DNA of 64,000 nucleotides from Burkholderiales bacterium (GCA_020354665.1 CP070653.1:2927763-2991762), one strand, 5' to 3'. Shown: positions 23,082 to 32,588, counted from the stretch's first letter. Numbers and translations are program-made. Notes: generated from the letters alone by a model not told the origin.

Positions 23082-24055
23082 CGGCCGGCCCCCATCGCAT
23101 CGACGCGGATGCAGCGCACCACGTGATCGGAGCCAGCCGGGCGCGGTGGCGGTGGCGATCGGCGGCACTCGGCGGTCGCCCAGCCGCAACGCTCGGCAAA
23201 CGCGCAGCCGGCCGGCTGTTCGCCAAGTGCAGGAACGCGCCCGGCGATCGTTGCCAACCGCGTGCCACGCGGCAGGCCGAGGCGTGGTCGTGCGGCAAAC
23301 AGCGCGCGTGTGTATGGGTGCGCCAGGCGTTCGAAGACCGCCGGTGTAGGGCCCTCCTCGACGATCTGGCCGGCGTACATCACGGCGATGCGGCCGACGC
23401 TGCGCGCCATCACGCCCAGGTCGTGGCTCACCAGCAGCATCGCCATGCCAGAGTCGGCCACCAGCTCGGCGAGCAGGTCAAGCACTTCGCGCTGGATCGT
23501 CACGTCGAGTGCGGTGGTTGGCTCGTCGGCGATCAACAGATCAGGCTCGCACGCGAGCGCGATCGCGATGCCTACGCGTTGGCGCTGCCCGCCGGAAAGC
23601 TGGTGTGGGTAGGCATCCAGCCGCCGTCGCGCATCGGGCAGGTGGACCCGCTCGAGCAATCGCAGCGCTTCGGCGCGGGCTTGCCGTGCGGCAAGTCCGC
23701 GATGCAGCCGCAACGGCTCGGCCACCTGCGCGCCGATCGTGTGCACCGGATTGAGAGCAGTCATCGGTTCCTGGAACACCATTGCAATGCGGTCGCCTCG
23801 AATCGCGGCCATCGCGGCGTCATCGAGGCCAAGCAGTTCGCGCTGCTCGAAGCGGATCGAGCCGCCGACACGCGCACCGTCGGGCAGCAATCCCATCAGC
23901 GCCAGGGCGGTCATGGTCTTCCCGCACCCCGATTCGCCGATCAGGCCCAACGTCTGGCCTCGTTCGAGCGAGAACGAAACGCCGCGCAATGCCTCGGCAG
24001 CACCCGCTGCAGTTCGCAGCGCGACGCGCAGCTCGGCGACTTGCAGCAGCGGCAT
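23078..24055 (-). CDS. Dpp/Opp-type ABC ATP-binding protein (DppD-like)
   Basis: Walker A GESGCGKT, LSGGQRQR, LLIADEPTTALDV, and a C-terminal oligopeptide-type extension. Confidence 0.9.
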   Translation of the reverse strand: MPLLQVAELRVALRTAAGAAEALRGVSFSLERGQTLGLIGESGCGKTMTALALMGLLPDGARVGGSIRFEQRELLGLDDAAMAAIRGDRIAMVFQEPMTALNPVHTIGAQVAEPLRLHRGLAARQARAEALRLLERVHLPDARRRLDAYPHQLSGGQRQRVGIAIALACEPDLLIADEPTTALDVTIQREVLDLLAELVADSGMAMLLVSHDLGVMARSVGRIAVMYAGQIVEEGPTPAVFERLAHPYTRALFAARPRLGLPRGTRLATIAGRVPALGEQPAGCAFAERCGWATAECRRSPPPPRPAGSDHVVRCIRVDAMGAGR

Positions 24056-24070
24056 GGCCTGGAACCGCCC

Positions 24071-24736
24071 TCAGGCCTCACCACCGATGCGGCGCAGCGC
24101 CTCCTCGAGGACCTCCGGCGGCTGCGCTCCCTGGATCAGCTGCGCGCGGTCGATCACGATCGACGGCACCGCGTGAATGCCGGCCTGCTGCCAGAAATGC
24201 TCGGCGTCGCGCACTTCGTCAGTGAACGCATCGCTGGCCAGGATCTCGCGGGCGCGATCGGCGTCCAGACCGGCCCGTGCGACCAGCTCGAGCAACACGT
24301 CGTGCGCTCCCGGGTTACGGCCCTCGCCGTGATAGGCGCGCAGCAGGGCACGCTTAAGAACGAGTTGGCTGCCCGGCGGTCCTTCGACACCGGCCCAGTA
24401 CAGCAGGCGATGTGCATCGAAGGTGTTCCACACCCGCTTGCGCTCGCCAAAGGCGAAACCGACTGCCGCACCGCGAGCGCGAATCGAAGCCTGGTTGCGG
24501 GCGATCTGCTGCGCGTCGATGCCGAACTTCCGCGATAGGTACTGCACCGTGTCGGCACCCTCGGGCGGCATCGTCGGGTTGAGCTCGAACGGCTGGAAGT
24601 GCACGTCGACCGCCAAGGCCTTGCCGATCCGTGCGAGCGCGAGTTCGAGCGATGCGAGTCCGATCGCGCACCAGGGGCAGGCCACATCGGAAACGAAATC
24701 GATCCTTACGCTGGTCTCCTTGGCTGGCCGTGTCAC
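24071..24736 (-). CDS. DsbA-family (FrnE / 2-hydroxychromene-2-carboxylate isomerase-like) thioredoxin-fold protein; start uncertain
   Basis: IDFVSDVACPWC active-site region and a FrnE-like body. Candidate GTG at 24736. The AAGGAG at about 24708-24713 is followed by no canonical start codon, so the start is unresolved. Confidence 0.75.
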   Translation of the reverse strand: MTRPAKETSVRIDFVSDVACPWCAIGLASLELALARIGKALAVDVHFQPFELNPTMPPEGADTVQYLSRKFGIDAQQIARNQASIRARGAAVGFAFGERKRVWNTFDAHRLLYWAGVEGPPGSQLVLKRALLRAYHGEGRNPGAHDVLLELVARAGLDADRAREILASDAFTDEVRDAEHFWQQAGIHAVPSIVIDRAQLIQGAQPPEVLEEALRRIGGEA

Positions 24737-24929
24737 CGGCCAGGCGTTTGGTGCCAGGCCGCGTACGTGGTGCGCCGGCCCGATATTTTCCCCGCAGTTC
24801 AATTGCAGCCGGACGCTGATCAGCGCCGCAATCGCGTCGGCGATCTGCGTGGCGAAGTCGGCTTACTTGTCCTGCGCCGCGGGCGATCCCGCCGCCGGAG
24901 CCGTCCCTGCCGATCTCTTGTTCGGAATC

Positions 24930-25208
24930 TCAACTTTTTTTGGCGTCTTCAACCATCGACAGGATGAAATTCGCCTTCGGCGGAAGGCTGTTTTCCACCT
25001 CGATCCCGGTGACGCGCCAGGCACAGCCGCGCTCCTCGAGCATCTTGTTGACCCGCTCCCGCTTCTCGGCGACCCGCACGATGGTGCTCGCGATGAGATC
25101 GTCACCGCCCATTTCTTCGTTCACCCTCCGGGCGGCCTGGTCCGTGAGTTCCCTGGCCCTGCCCGTGGCCTTCCCGGTCATTGCTTTTGCCTTGTTCATG
25201 AGGCTCAT
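24930..25208 (-). CDS. Hypothetical small protein (92 aa)
   Basis: ATG preceded by GGAGAG with a 5-nt spacer. Charged, helical-looking sequence with no family I recognise. Confidence 0.45.
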   Translation of the reverse strand: MSLMNKAKAMTGKATGRARELTDQAARRVNEEMGGDDLIASTIVRVAEKRERVNKMLEERGCAWRVTGIEVENSLPPKANFILSMVEDAKKS

Positions 25209-25247
25209 GACTGCTCTCCGTATGGGAAAACAAACGGCTAGAAAGGA

Positions 25248-25574
25248 TCAGCGGACCCTCTCGACATCGGCGAGCGTCCAGGTCTTCTCGAACAGCGGCT
25301 TCTCGGGGCCGTAGAGCCGGAAGATGAGGAAGTCCTCGCCGGTCGGGATCCAATTTGACGCCATTCCGGCCGGAGCGCCCGGCGCAAAGTAGACATCGAC
25401 GCTGCCGTCCGGGTTCTTCTTCATCTTACCGAGGTCCTGCGACGAGAGGCCCACCGTGTTCGCGCCTTCCACGAAACCTTTGGTTTTCATGCTGTAGACG
25501 ATGACCAACCAGAAGTCCTTCGCCGGCGTGTTCTTGGGAACCGTCAGCTTGTAGGTGCACTTCCCGTTTACCAA
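25248..25574 (-). pseudogene. Remnant: C-terminal about 105 residues of a DUF1214 domain protein
   Basis: GKCTYKLTVPKNTPAKDFW...NWIPTGEDFLIFRLYGPEKPLFEKTW aligns with the C-terminal half of the 26661-27191 remnant. The frame opens immediately after a stop codon abutting the OMP gene, and there is no N-terminal DUF1254/DUF1214 part. Confidence 0.7.
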
Positions 25575-25604
25575 GCATCAGTTGCCTTGTGTGCCGCCCC
25601 CCCG

Positions 25605-26570
25605 TCAGAAGCTCACCGCGAGACCGAGCGAGTAGCCGGAGATGTCGGGGCCGAACTTGTAGCGAAGCAAGGCGCGCCAGCGCGTGGCCCAGATGTCCTT
25701 CGCGCTGGAGTCGAACTCGATGCCGACGCCGAGCGAGGCCATGCGGTCGAAGCCGATCTCGGTCTGGCTGCCGAGAAATTGCGTGTAGGCCCCCTCGAGC
25801 ACGTAGCGCACCGGGCGGTCCCACACCGCCCAGCCGGCGAGCGGCACGCGCCGGCGCGCCCAGACGCTGGCGCTGGCGGCCGTGGCGCGACCTTCGACCG
25901 CTGCGTCGGTGTTGCCGTACGAGCGCAGCTGCACGTTGGTGTAGCGCAGCTCGAGGTCGTGGTCAGCCTCCGGCGCGAACTTCTCGTAGTCGAGCATCAG
26001 CGAACCGCCGAGGCCATAGGCGTTGAGCCGGCCGTGCTCGAGGAAATCCAGGTCGGTATCGGTGCGGTTCTCCAGCCACCAACGGGCGATAACCAGGTCG
26101 CTGGCCACGTAGCCGAGCGTGAAGTTGAAGATCGGCCGCAGCACCCAGTGTTCGGCGATCGTAAAGTCCCAGCCAACGCCGCCGGTGGCCGAGAACGCAT
26201 TCCACTTCACCGGCACCGCGCGCTGCTCAGTGCCATCGCTGGCCACGAAGGTCGGGTCGTAGCGGCTGTAGGCGGCATTGCCCTCCAGGTACAGGGGCGT
26301 GCCCTTGCTCCATGTGAAGCCGCCGCCGAACTGAGTCATCGTCAGGCCGGGGTTGCCGGTGGCGGCGTTCTCCACCGAAATCGAACTGGTCGTGACGTCC
26401 GGGGCGACCGTGTAGCTCATCACCCCGAGCACACCGTTGGCCAGCCGTTGCAGGTCGACCGACGAAAGGGCACGCCCGCCCGTTTGTGCCCAAACGGCGC
26501 ACGATGAGAACAGCAGCAACAGGGCCGCTGGCAGTCTGCGCATGTGCGATTTCAGACGGCGGAGGTACAT
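25605..26570 (-). CDS. Putative outer-membrane beta-barrel protein
   Basis: GAGGA-N7-ATG start, signal peptide ...LLLLFSSCAVWAQ, alternating beta-strand pattern, and a C-terminal aromatic terminus (GLAVSF). Confidence 0.7.
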   Translation of the reverse strand: MYLRRLKSHMRRLPAALLLLFSSCAVWAQTGGRALSSVDLQRLANGVLGVMSYTVAPDVTTSSISVENAATGNPGLTMTQFGGGFTWSKGTPLYLEGNAAYSRYDPTFVASDGTEQRAVPVKWNAFSATGGVGWDFTIAEHWVLRPIFNFTLGYVASDLVIARWWLENRTDTDLDFLEHGRLNAYGLGGSLMLDYEKFAPEADHDLELRYTNVQLRSYGNTDAAVEGRATAASASVWARRRVPLAGWAVWDRPVRYVLEGAYTQFLGSQTEIGFDRMASLGVGIEFDSSAKDIWATRWRALLRYKFGPDISGYSLGLAVSF

Positions 26571-26660
26571 GGACGCGTCCTCGCATCATGTCAGGGCGCC
26601 GAATAGGCGCCTCCCCGAGCGGCCCCCGCGCTCCTGGTCCGCGACCGCGATTGCCTGACC

Positions 26661-27191
26661 TCAGTCCACCGACACCGGATCACTCGGCTTCCAGGTCTTG
26701 TCGTAGAACGCCTGCAGCGGACCATAAAGACGGAAGATCGTGTTCCAGCCCTTGCCGGGTACGGTCTGGATCCAGTTGTTCTCCATCCCCTTGGGCGCCC
26801 TCGGGCCCACGTAGATGGCGTACGAGCCGTCGGCATTCGCCTTCACCTTGCCGAGACTGTCGATACCCGGGAACTGCTGGTCGGTCTGCAGCATCGAGCG
26901 CGTCTGGTTGTCGTAGAGCGTGAACGACCAGAAGTCCTTCGCCGGTACGTTGGGCGGCAGGTGGATCTTGTAGGTCTTGCTGCCATCGAGGGCATGGCCG
27001 TCCTTGTCGAGATACGCGATCAGGTACTGGGAACCCACGCCGACGTTCTTGGCTGCCATCGCAGGCGTGATCCCGGTCGCGTAGAAGTGCATGTAGATGC
27101 GGGCATCATGAAACATGGCGCCGTCGAGGATGAAATCGTAACGGCCTCCAGGCAACGGGTTCGTCCAGACCCGCTCGCCGGGATAGACGGG
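26661..27191 (-). pseudogene. Remnant of a DUF1214 domain protein fused in frame to the tail of a MalT-like regulator fragment
   Basis: VYPGERVWTNPLPGGRYDFILDG...GSKTYKIHLPPNVPAKDFWSFTLYD...NWIQTVPGKGWNTIFRLYGP is DUF1214-like. It lacks an N-terminal signal peptide and DUF1254 part, and joins directly to ...NLFVVPLDRQGEWFRYP. Confidence 0.7.
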
Positions 27192-28225
27192 ATACCTGAA
27201 CCATTCGCCTTGCCGATCGAGCGGAACAACGAACAGATTGCTCCGCTGCACGGCTTCCACGAAGCTCGCACCGTCCAGCGACGAAGCTCGCCGTTGGCAT
27301 CAGCGCTGCACACTGCATCACACAGCGCTCCGCAGAACCTCTCCAATACCGAACTCTTCAGTAGCCAATCGCGAACGGCAGCAGGCTGCTGGGCGAGCAC
27401 CTGCTGAAACAGGTACTCCCGCGCTTGGTTCCAGCCGCTGTGCAGATTTCTCAGGGTCGCGTTCGGGTCCGAATCCGCGCACAAGGCCAGCGACAACAAC
27501 CGCAGGCCAACCGCCCAGCCCTCGAGTTCACGCTCGACGCTCGCTAGCGAATCGTCGCTGACGCTAAACCCGCCCGCCTGCTCGATCAGTCCGCGCGCTT
27601 CACTGCGGGCGAAGCGAAGATCTGCCATTCGGATCTTGGCCAACTGCGCACGCGCACGCAGCGTGACGAGCGGGGTCGGCGGGTCGCGCCGAGAGATCAC
27701 TACGAGGTGCAAGGGTAATGGTGGATGCGCCAGCAGGTCCCCGAGGATGTCATTGACCGGGGAGCCGGCCTCGACGTGCTCGAAGTCATCGAGCACGAGA
27801 ACGAAGGGCCGCTCCAACGCTTCAAGGTCGTTGGCCAGGGTGGTCTTGAGCGCACGCAGGAACAAGTCCGTTGGTGCCCTCAGCAGATCCATGGTGGGGG
27901 AACAAGCTTGGGGAAAAGCCGTCCGCAAACCGGCGATGACGTGGGTCAGGAAGCGGCGCGGGTCGCTGTCCTGCGAGTCCACTGACAACCAGACGCCTGG
28001 CCAGTCGATGCGTTCGAGCCAACCCGCGACGAGCGTGCTCTTGCCGCAGCCCGCGGGTGCCGAGATCAGGGTCAGTGGGAGCGTCCGGCCACCATCGAGG
28101 CGCTTGAGCAAGCGATCTCGCATCACCAAGTCCGGCGGCAGCCGCGGCCGGTTGAGCTTGGTCCGTACGATTCCTTCGATCTCGCTTGCCACCGTCCCAC
28201 AATCAGTGAACCGCAGTGGCTCCAC
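27192..28225 (-). pseudogene. N-terminal fragment of a MalT/LAL-type (large ATP-binding LuxR family) regulator, frameshifted and 3'-truncated
   Basis: Walker A SAPAGCGKSTL, Walker B VLVLDDFE, GWAVGLRLLSL. The conserved ...NLFVVPLDRQGEWFRY continues in another frame (shift between about 27262 and 27290). No TPR or LuxR HTH part follows. Confidence 0.75.
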
Positions 28226-28367
28226 CCGACAACCTGACTGTCGGGGAGTGCGTCTGCTGTCCCGATCGTCCCAGAAAGCCCTGGAATCCTACCGGTTCGC
28301 TCTCACCCGATCCACGCTCGCAGCTTGTCCGAGATGTCGCAGGCGACGTGGTTGAGTTTGACTGGGA

Positions 28368-29195
28368 TCACCGGCTGCGCGCGAGGCGCGGGTCGAGCAG
28401 GTCGCGCAAGCCGTCGCCGAGCAGGTTCAGCCCGAGTACGGCCAGTGCAATGGCCACGCCGGGATAGACCGCGAGCATCGGCGCCTGGAACATCTGCGTC
28501 TGCGCCTCGCCGAGCATGCGGCCCCAACTCGGCTGCGGTGGTTGCGTTCCGAGGCCCAGATACGACAGCGCCGCCTCGGCCAGGATCGCGGTGGCAAACG
28601 AGATCGTCGCCTGGACGATCAGCGCGCCCGCGATGTTCGGCAGCACGTGGTCGAGCGTGATGCGCAGTGCGCCCTTGCCGGCGGTGCGCGCCGCGAGCAC
28701 GTATTCGCGTGTCCACACCGACTGGGCCTGCGCGCGCGCGACGCGCGCGAACACGGGCACGTTGAAGATGCCGATCGCGACGATCGAGGTCACGAGGCCC
28801 GGCCCGTAGATCGCGGTCAGCATGATCGCGGTCAGCAACGCCGGGAACGCGAAGGTGAAATCCGCCGCGCGCATCACCGCTTCGTCGAGCCACCTGCCGC
28901 GCGCGGCGGCGAGGCAGCCGAACGCGACGCCTGCGACGAGCCCGATGCCCACGGCAATCACGCCCACGGCGATGCTGTTCTGCGTGCCCACCAGCAGCTG
29001 CGAGGCGATGTCGCGGCCGAGGCTGTCGGTGCCCAGCCAGTGGGTTGCCGAGGGTGGCGCAAACTTGTTGGGCACGTCGATCTCGGCCGGCGGGTAGGGC
29101 GACCAGACGAGCGACAGCGCGGCCATCGCGACGAGCAAGAGCACGAGCACCGCGCCGGTGGCAAAGCTCGGGTGCCGCAGCGCGCGTGTACGCAT
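28368..29195 (-). CDS. Dpp/Opp-type ABC permease (DppC-like)
   Basis: Start at ATG 29195 (MRTRALRHPSFATGAVLVLLLV), overlapping the upstream stop by 1 nt. C-terminal GDGLRDLLDPRL is typical of the family. Confidence 0.9.
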   Translation of the reverse strand: MRTRALRHPSFATGAVLVLLLVAMAALSLVWSPYPPAEIDVPNKFAPPSATHWLGTDSLGRDIASQLLVGTQNSIAVGVIAVGIGLVAGVAFGCLAAARGRWLDEAVMRAADFTFAFPALLTAIMLTAIYGPGLVTSIVAIGIFNVPVFARVARAQAQSVWTREYVLAARTAGKGALRITLDHVLPNIAGALIVQATISFATAILAEAALSYLGLGTQPPQPSWGRMLGEAQTQMFQAPMLAVYPGVAIALAVLGLNLLGDGLRDLLDPRLARSR

Positions 29196-30160
29196 CACCG
29201 TTGCGGCTGCAGGCGCAACCGCGGGTCGATCAGTGCGACGGCCACGTCGACCACGAAATTGACCACGACCACCACCGCGGCCAGCACCATCACGACGTCG
29301 CGCACGACGACGATGTCGCGGTTGGCGATCGCCTGGAACACGAGTCGGCCGAGACCCGGCAGCACGAACACGTTCTCGACGACGATCGTGCCGGTGATCA
29401 GGTTGGCGAACTGCAGGCCCATGATCGTGACCACCGGAATCATTGCGTTGCGCAGCGCATGCCGCCACAGCGCTTGCCGCGCCGTGAGCCCTTTTGCACG
29501 CGCGGTGCGCACGTAGTCCTCGCGCATCACGTCGAGCAGCGCCGAGCGCGTGACCCGCGCGAGGATCGCGGCCTGCACGGCAGCCAGCGCGACTGCCGGC
29601 AGCAGCAACGCGGACAGCCCGGCCCACAGGCCACCGCCTTCATCTTCGAGCCAGCCCGGAAAGCCTCCGGCACTGACCCATTGCAGCTGCACCGCGAATA
29701 CCAGGATCAGCAGGATCGCGAGCCAGAAGTTCGGCACCGCGAGTCCCAGTTGCGAAAGCGTCATCACGCCGACGTCGCCGGCGCGGTTATGGTGGCTCGC
29801 GGCGTACAGGCCCAGCGCGAGCGCCACGACGACCGTGAGCGCCATCGCCAGCAGCGCCAGCGGCACGCTGACCTGCAGGCGTTCGGCGATGAGGTCGGCC
29901 ACCGGCACGTCGTAGGCGAAGCTGGTTTGCGTCTGCCCGCCGAGCAGTCCGCCGACCCACGTCACGTACCGCTCGAGTGGCGGGCGGTCAAGGCCGAACT
30001 TGCGCTCGAGCGCAGCGATGGCCTCGGGCGTCGCGGTGTCGCCGAGCATCACCTGCGCCGCGTTGCCGGGCAGCAGTTCCATCACGGCAAACACCACCGC
30101 AGAGGCCACCCACAAGGTCAGCGCGAATGTGGCCAGGCGCCGGATCAGGAACAGGGGCAT
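29195..30160 (-). CDS. Dpp/Opp-type ABC permease (DppB-like)
   Basis: Start at ATG 30160 (MPLFLIRRLATFALTLWVASAVVF). Contains EDYVRTARAKGL and ends with ALIDPRLR, both family hallmarks. Confidence 0.9.
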   Translation of the reverse strand: MPLFLIRRLATFALTLWVASAVVFAVMELLPGNAAQVMLGDTATPEAIAALERKFGLDRPPLERYVTWVGGLLGGQTQTSFAYDVPVADLIAERLQVSVPLALLAMALTVVVALALGLYAASHHNRAGDVGVMTLSQLGLAVPNFWLAILLILVFAVQLQWVSAGGFPGWLEDEGGGLWAGLSALLLPAVALAAVQAAILARVTRSALLDVMREDYVRTARAKGLTARQALWRHALRNAMIPVVTIMGLQFANLITGTIVVENVFVLPGLGRLVFQAIANRDIVVVRDVVMVLAAVVVVVNFVVDVAVALIDPRLRLQPQR

Positions 30161-30296
30161 CGAACGCGGTTCACGCAGGCTATGGCGGACTATGATGCCC
30201 GAGAACCACCGCCGGGCCGGGTGCGCGCGCCGACGCGCATGCTGGGGCCACTGCCGCGCCGCGTGAACCGACCGGCCACCGCATGGAGACCGCACG

Positions 30297-31763
30297 ATGG
30301 ACATGTCGCGACTTGAGTTGCCCTTCGAAAGCTGGCACGTCTTCATCGGTGGCCGCTGGCTCCCGGCCGCAGGCGCCCAGGTGCTGCCGCTGATCGACCC
30401 GTCGACCGGTGAGTTGCTGGCCGAGATCGCGCGCGGCACCGCGCCCGACATCGATGCGGCCGTGCGTGCCGCGCAGGGTGCGAGGGACGGCGATTGGGGG
30501 CGACTTTCGGCGGTCGAGCGGGGCCGCGTGCTCGCGCGCATGGCTGCGCGGGTCGCCGAGCAGGCCGATACGCTGGCGCGGCTGGAAGCCATGGACGTCG
30601 GCAAGCCACTTTCTCAGGCGAAGGCCGACGCGCTCGCGCTGGCCCGCTACCTGGAGTTCTATGGCGGAGCGGCTGACAAGGTGCACGGGCAGACGATTCC
30701 CTACGCTACCGGGACGACGGCCCTGACGATCCGCGAGCCGCACGGCGTGACCGGCCACATCGTGCCTTGGAACTACCCGATGCAGATCATCGGACGTTCG
30801 GTCGGCGCCGCGCTCGCGATGGGTAACGCCTGCGTGCTCAAGCCGGCCGAAGAGGCGTGCCTGACCGCGCTCGCGTTCGCGCGCATCGCCGAGGAATGCG
30901 GGATGCCGGCCGGGGCGCTCAACGTCGTGCCCGGCCTGGGCGAGGAGGCCGGCGCGGCGCTGGCATCGCACGCGGGCGTGCAGCACCTGTCGTTCACCGG
31001 GTCGGTTGTGGTGGGCCGGCTGATTCAGGCGGCCGCCGCGGCCAACGTGGTACCGGTGACGCTCGAGCTCGGCGGCAAGAGCGCACAGGTGGTGTTTGCC
31101 GACGCCGACATCGATGCGGCGATGCCGTTCCTGCTGCGCGCGGGGCTGCAGAACGCCGGGCAGACCTGCTCGGCGGGATCGCGCATCCTGGTCGAGCGCT
31201 CGCTGTACGACGGCGTCGTCGAGCGGCTCGTCGAGCGCTACCGAGCGCTGCGCGTCGGTCCGGCGCTCGGTGATCCAGACGTCGGACCCGTGGTATCGGG
31301 GCGGCAGCGCGAGATCGTGGAGGGCTATCTCGCGCTCGCCCGCGAGAGCGGCCTGCCGGTCGCCGCACAGGCCCGTCTCGGCGCGGACTTGCCCAAGGGT
31401 GGCTTCTACGTCGCACCGACGCTGGTCGCGGCGGTCGACCCGGCGCATCGGCTTGCGCAGGAGGAGATCTTCGGCCCGGTTCAGGTCGTGATCCCGTTCG
31501 ACGGCGAGGATCACGCGGTCCGCATCGCCAATGGCACGGACTACGGCCTCGTTGCTGGCGTCTGGACGCGCGACGGCTCGCGCGCGCTGCGCGTGGCGCG
31601 TGCGCTGAAGGTCGGTCAGGTGTTCGTCAACAACTACGGCGCCGGCGGCGGCATCGAGCTGCCGTTCGGTGGTGTCAAGCGATCGGGTCACGGGCGCGAG
31701 AAGGGCTTCGAGGCGCTGTACGGCTTCTCGACGGTCAAGACAGTGGCCATCCTGCACGGTTGA
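30297..31763 (+). CDS. NAD(P)-dependent aldehyde dehydrogenase
   Basis: VTLELGGKSA, catalytic-Cys region GQTCSAGSR, and a full-length ALDH fold. Confidence 0.9.
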   Translation: MDMSRLELPFESWHVFIGGRWLPAAGAQVLPLIDPSTGELLAEIARGTAPDIDAAVRAAQGARDGDWGRLSAVERGRVLARMAARVAEQADTLARLEAMDVGKPLSQAKADALALARYLEFYGGAADKVHGQTIPYATGTTALTIREPHGVTGHIVPWNYPMQIIGRSVGAALAMGNACVLKPAEEACLTALAFARIAEECGMPAGALNVVPGLGEEAGAALASHAGVQHLSFTGSVVVGRLIQAAAAANVVPVTLELGGKSAQVVFADADIDAAMPFLLRAGLQNAGQTCSAGSRILVERSLYDGVVERLVERYRALRVGPALGDPDVGPVVSGRQREIVEGYLALARESGLPVAAQARLGADLPKGGFYVAPTLVAAVDPAHRLAQEEIFGPVQVVIPFDGEDHAVRIANGTDYGLVAGVWTRDGSRALRVARALKVGQVFVNNYGAGGGIELPFGGVKRSGHGREKGFEALYGFSTVKTVAILHG

Positions 31764-31780
31764 TGCGAAGGGCAAGCGCG

Positions 31781-32539
31781 ATGCGACTGCAAGGCAAGGC
31801 GGCGATCGTCACCGGCGGCGGCTCGGGATTCGGCGAGGGCATTGTTCGCAAATTCGTCGCCGAGGGTGCGCGCGTACTGATCGCCGATCGCGACGAGTCC
31901 GCCGCGCGCCGGGTGGCCGCCGCCACGGGCGCGCATGCGCTGCACATCGATGTGTCGGTGGCCGGCGAAGTGCGCGAGATGATCGACACGGCGTATCAGC
32001 GGTTCGGGCGGCTGGACATCCTCCTCAACAACGCGGGTGTCGGCCACCGGCCCCAGCCGCTCGAGGGCTTGCCCGAGGAGGAGTTCGACCGCATTGCGGC
32101 GGTCAACATGAAGGCGATCTATCTGGCGGCGCGCGAGGCCGTGCCGCGCATGGCGGCGCAGGCGCCGGGCGCCCATGGCATCCGGGGTGTCATCCTCAAC
32201 ATGGCGAGCACGGCCGGGGTCAGCCCGCGGCCGCGGCTCGCCTGGTACAACGCGAGCAAAGGCTGGGTCATCACCGCGACGCGTGCGATGGCGGTCGAAC
32301 TGGCGCCGCGCGGCATCCGCGTCGTTGCGCTCAATCCGGTGGCCGGCGAGACACCGCTGCTTGCGACGTTCATGGGTGAAGACACACCCGAGATGCGCGC
32401 GAAATTCCTCGCGACGATCCCAATCGGGCGCTTTTCGACGCCCGAGGACCTCGGCAACGCGGCGTGCTATCTGTGCAGCGACGAGGCGTCGATGATCACC
32501 GGCGTGGCGCTGGAGGTCGACGGCGGGCGCTGCATCTGA
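31781..32539 (+). CDS. Short-chain dehydrogenase/reductase (SDR)
   Basis: MRLQGKAAIVTGGGSGFGEGI (TGxxxGxG), NNAG, and the YNASK catalytic motif. Confidence 0.9.
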   Translation: MRLQGKAAIVTGGGSGFGEGIVRKFVAEGARVLIADRDESAARRVAAATGAHALHIDVSVAGEVREMIDTAYQRFGRLDILLNNAGVGHRPQPLEGLPEEEFDRIAAVNMKAIYLAAREAVPRMAAQAPGAHGIRGVILNMASTAGVSPRPRLAWYNASKGWVITATRAMAVELAPRGIRVVALNPVAGETPLLATFMGEDTPEMRAKFLATIPIGRFSTPEDLGNAACYLCSDEASMITGVALEVDGGRCI

Positions 32540-32588
32540 TGCGTCTGGGGCTTCGAACGCAGCGGCGCGACTCCGCGGCGTGTGCGGA

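Noticed and set aside
24071-28367. The debris block as an IS element, transposon or integrated prophage remnant
   Set aside because: No transposase, integrase, recombinase, terminal inverted repeats or adjacent tRNA could be found, so I report it only as a compositionally odd block of remnants.
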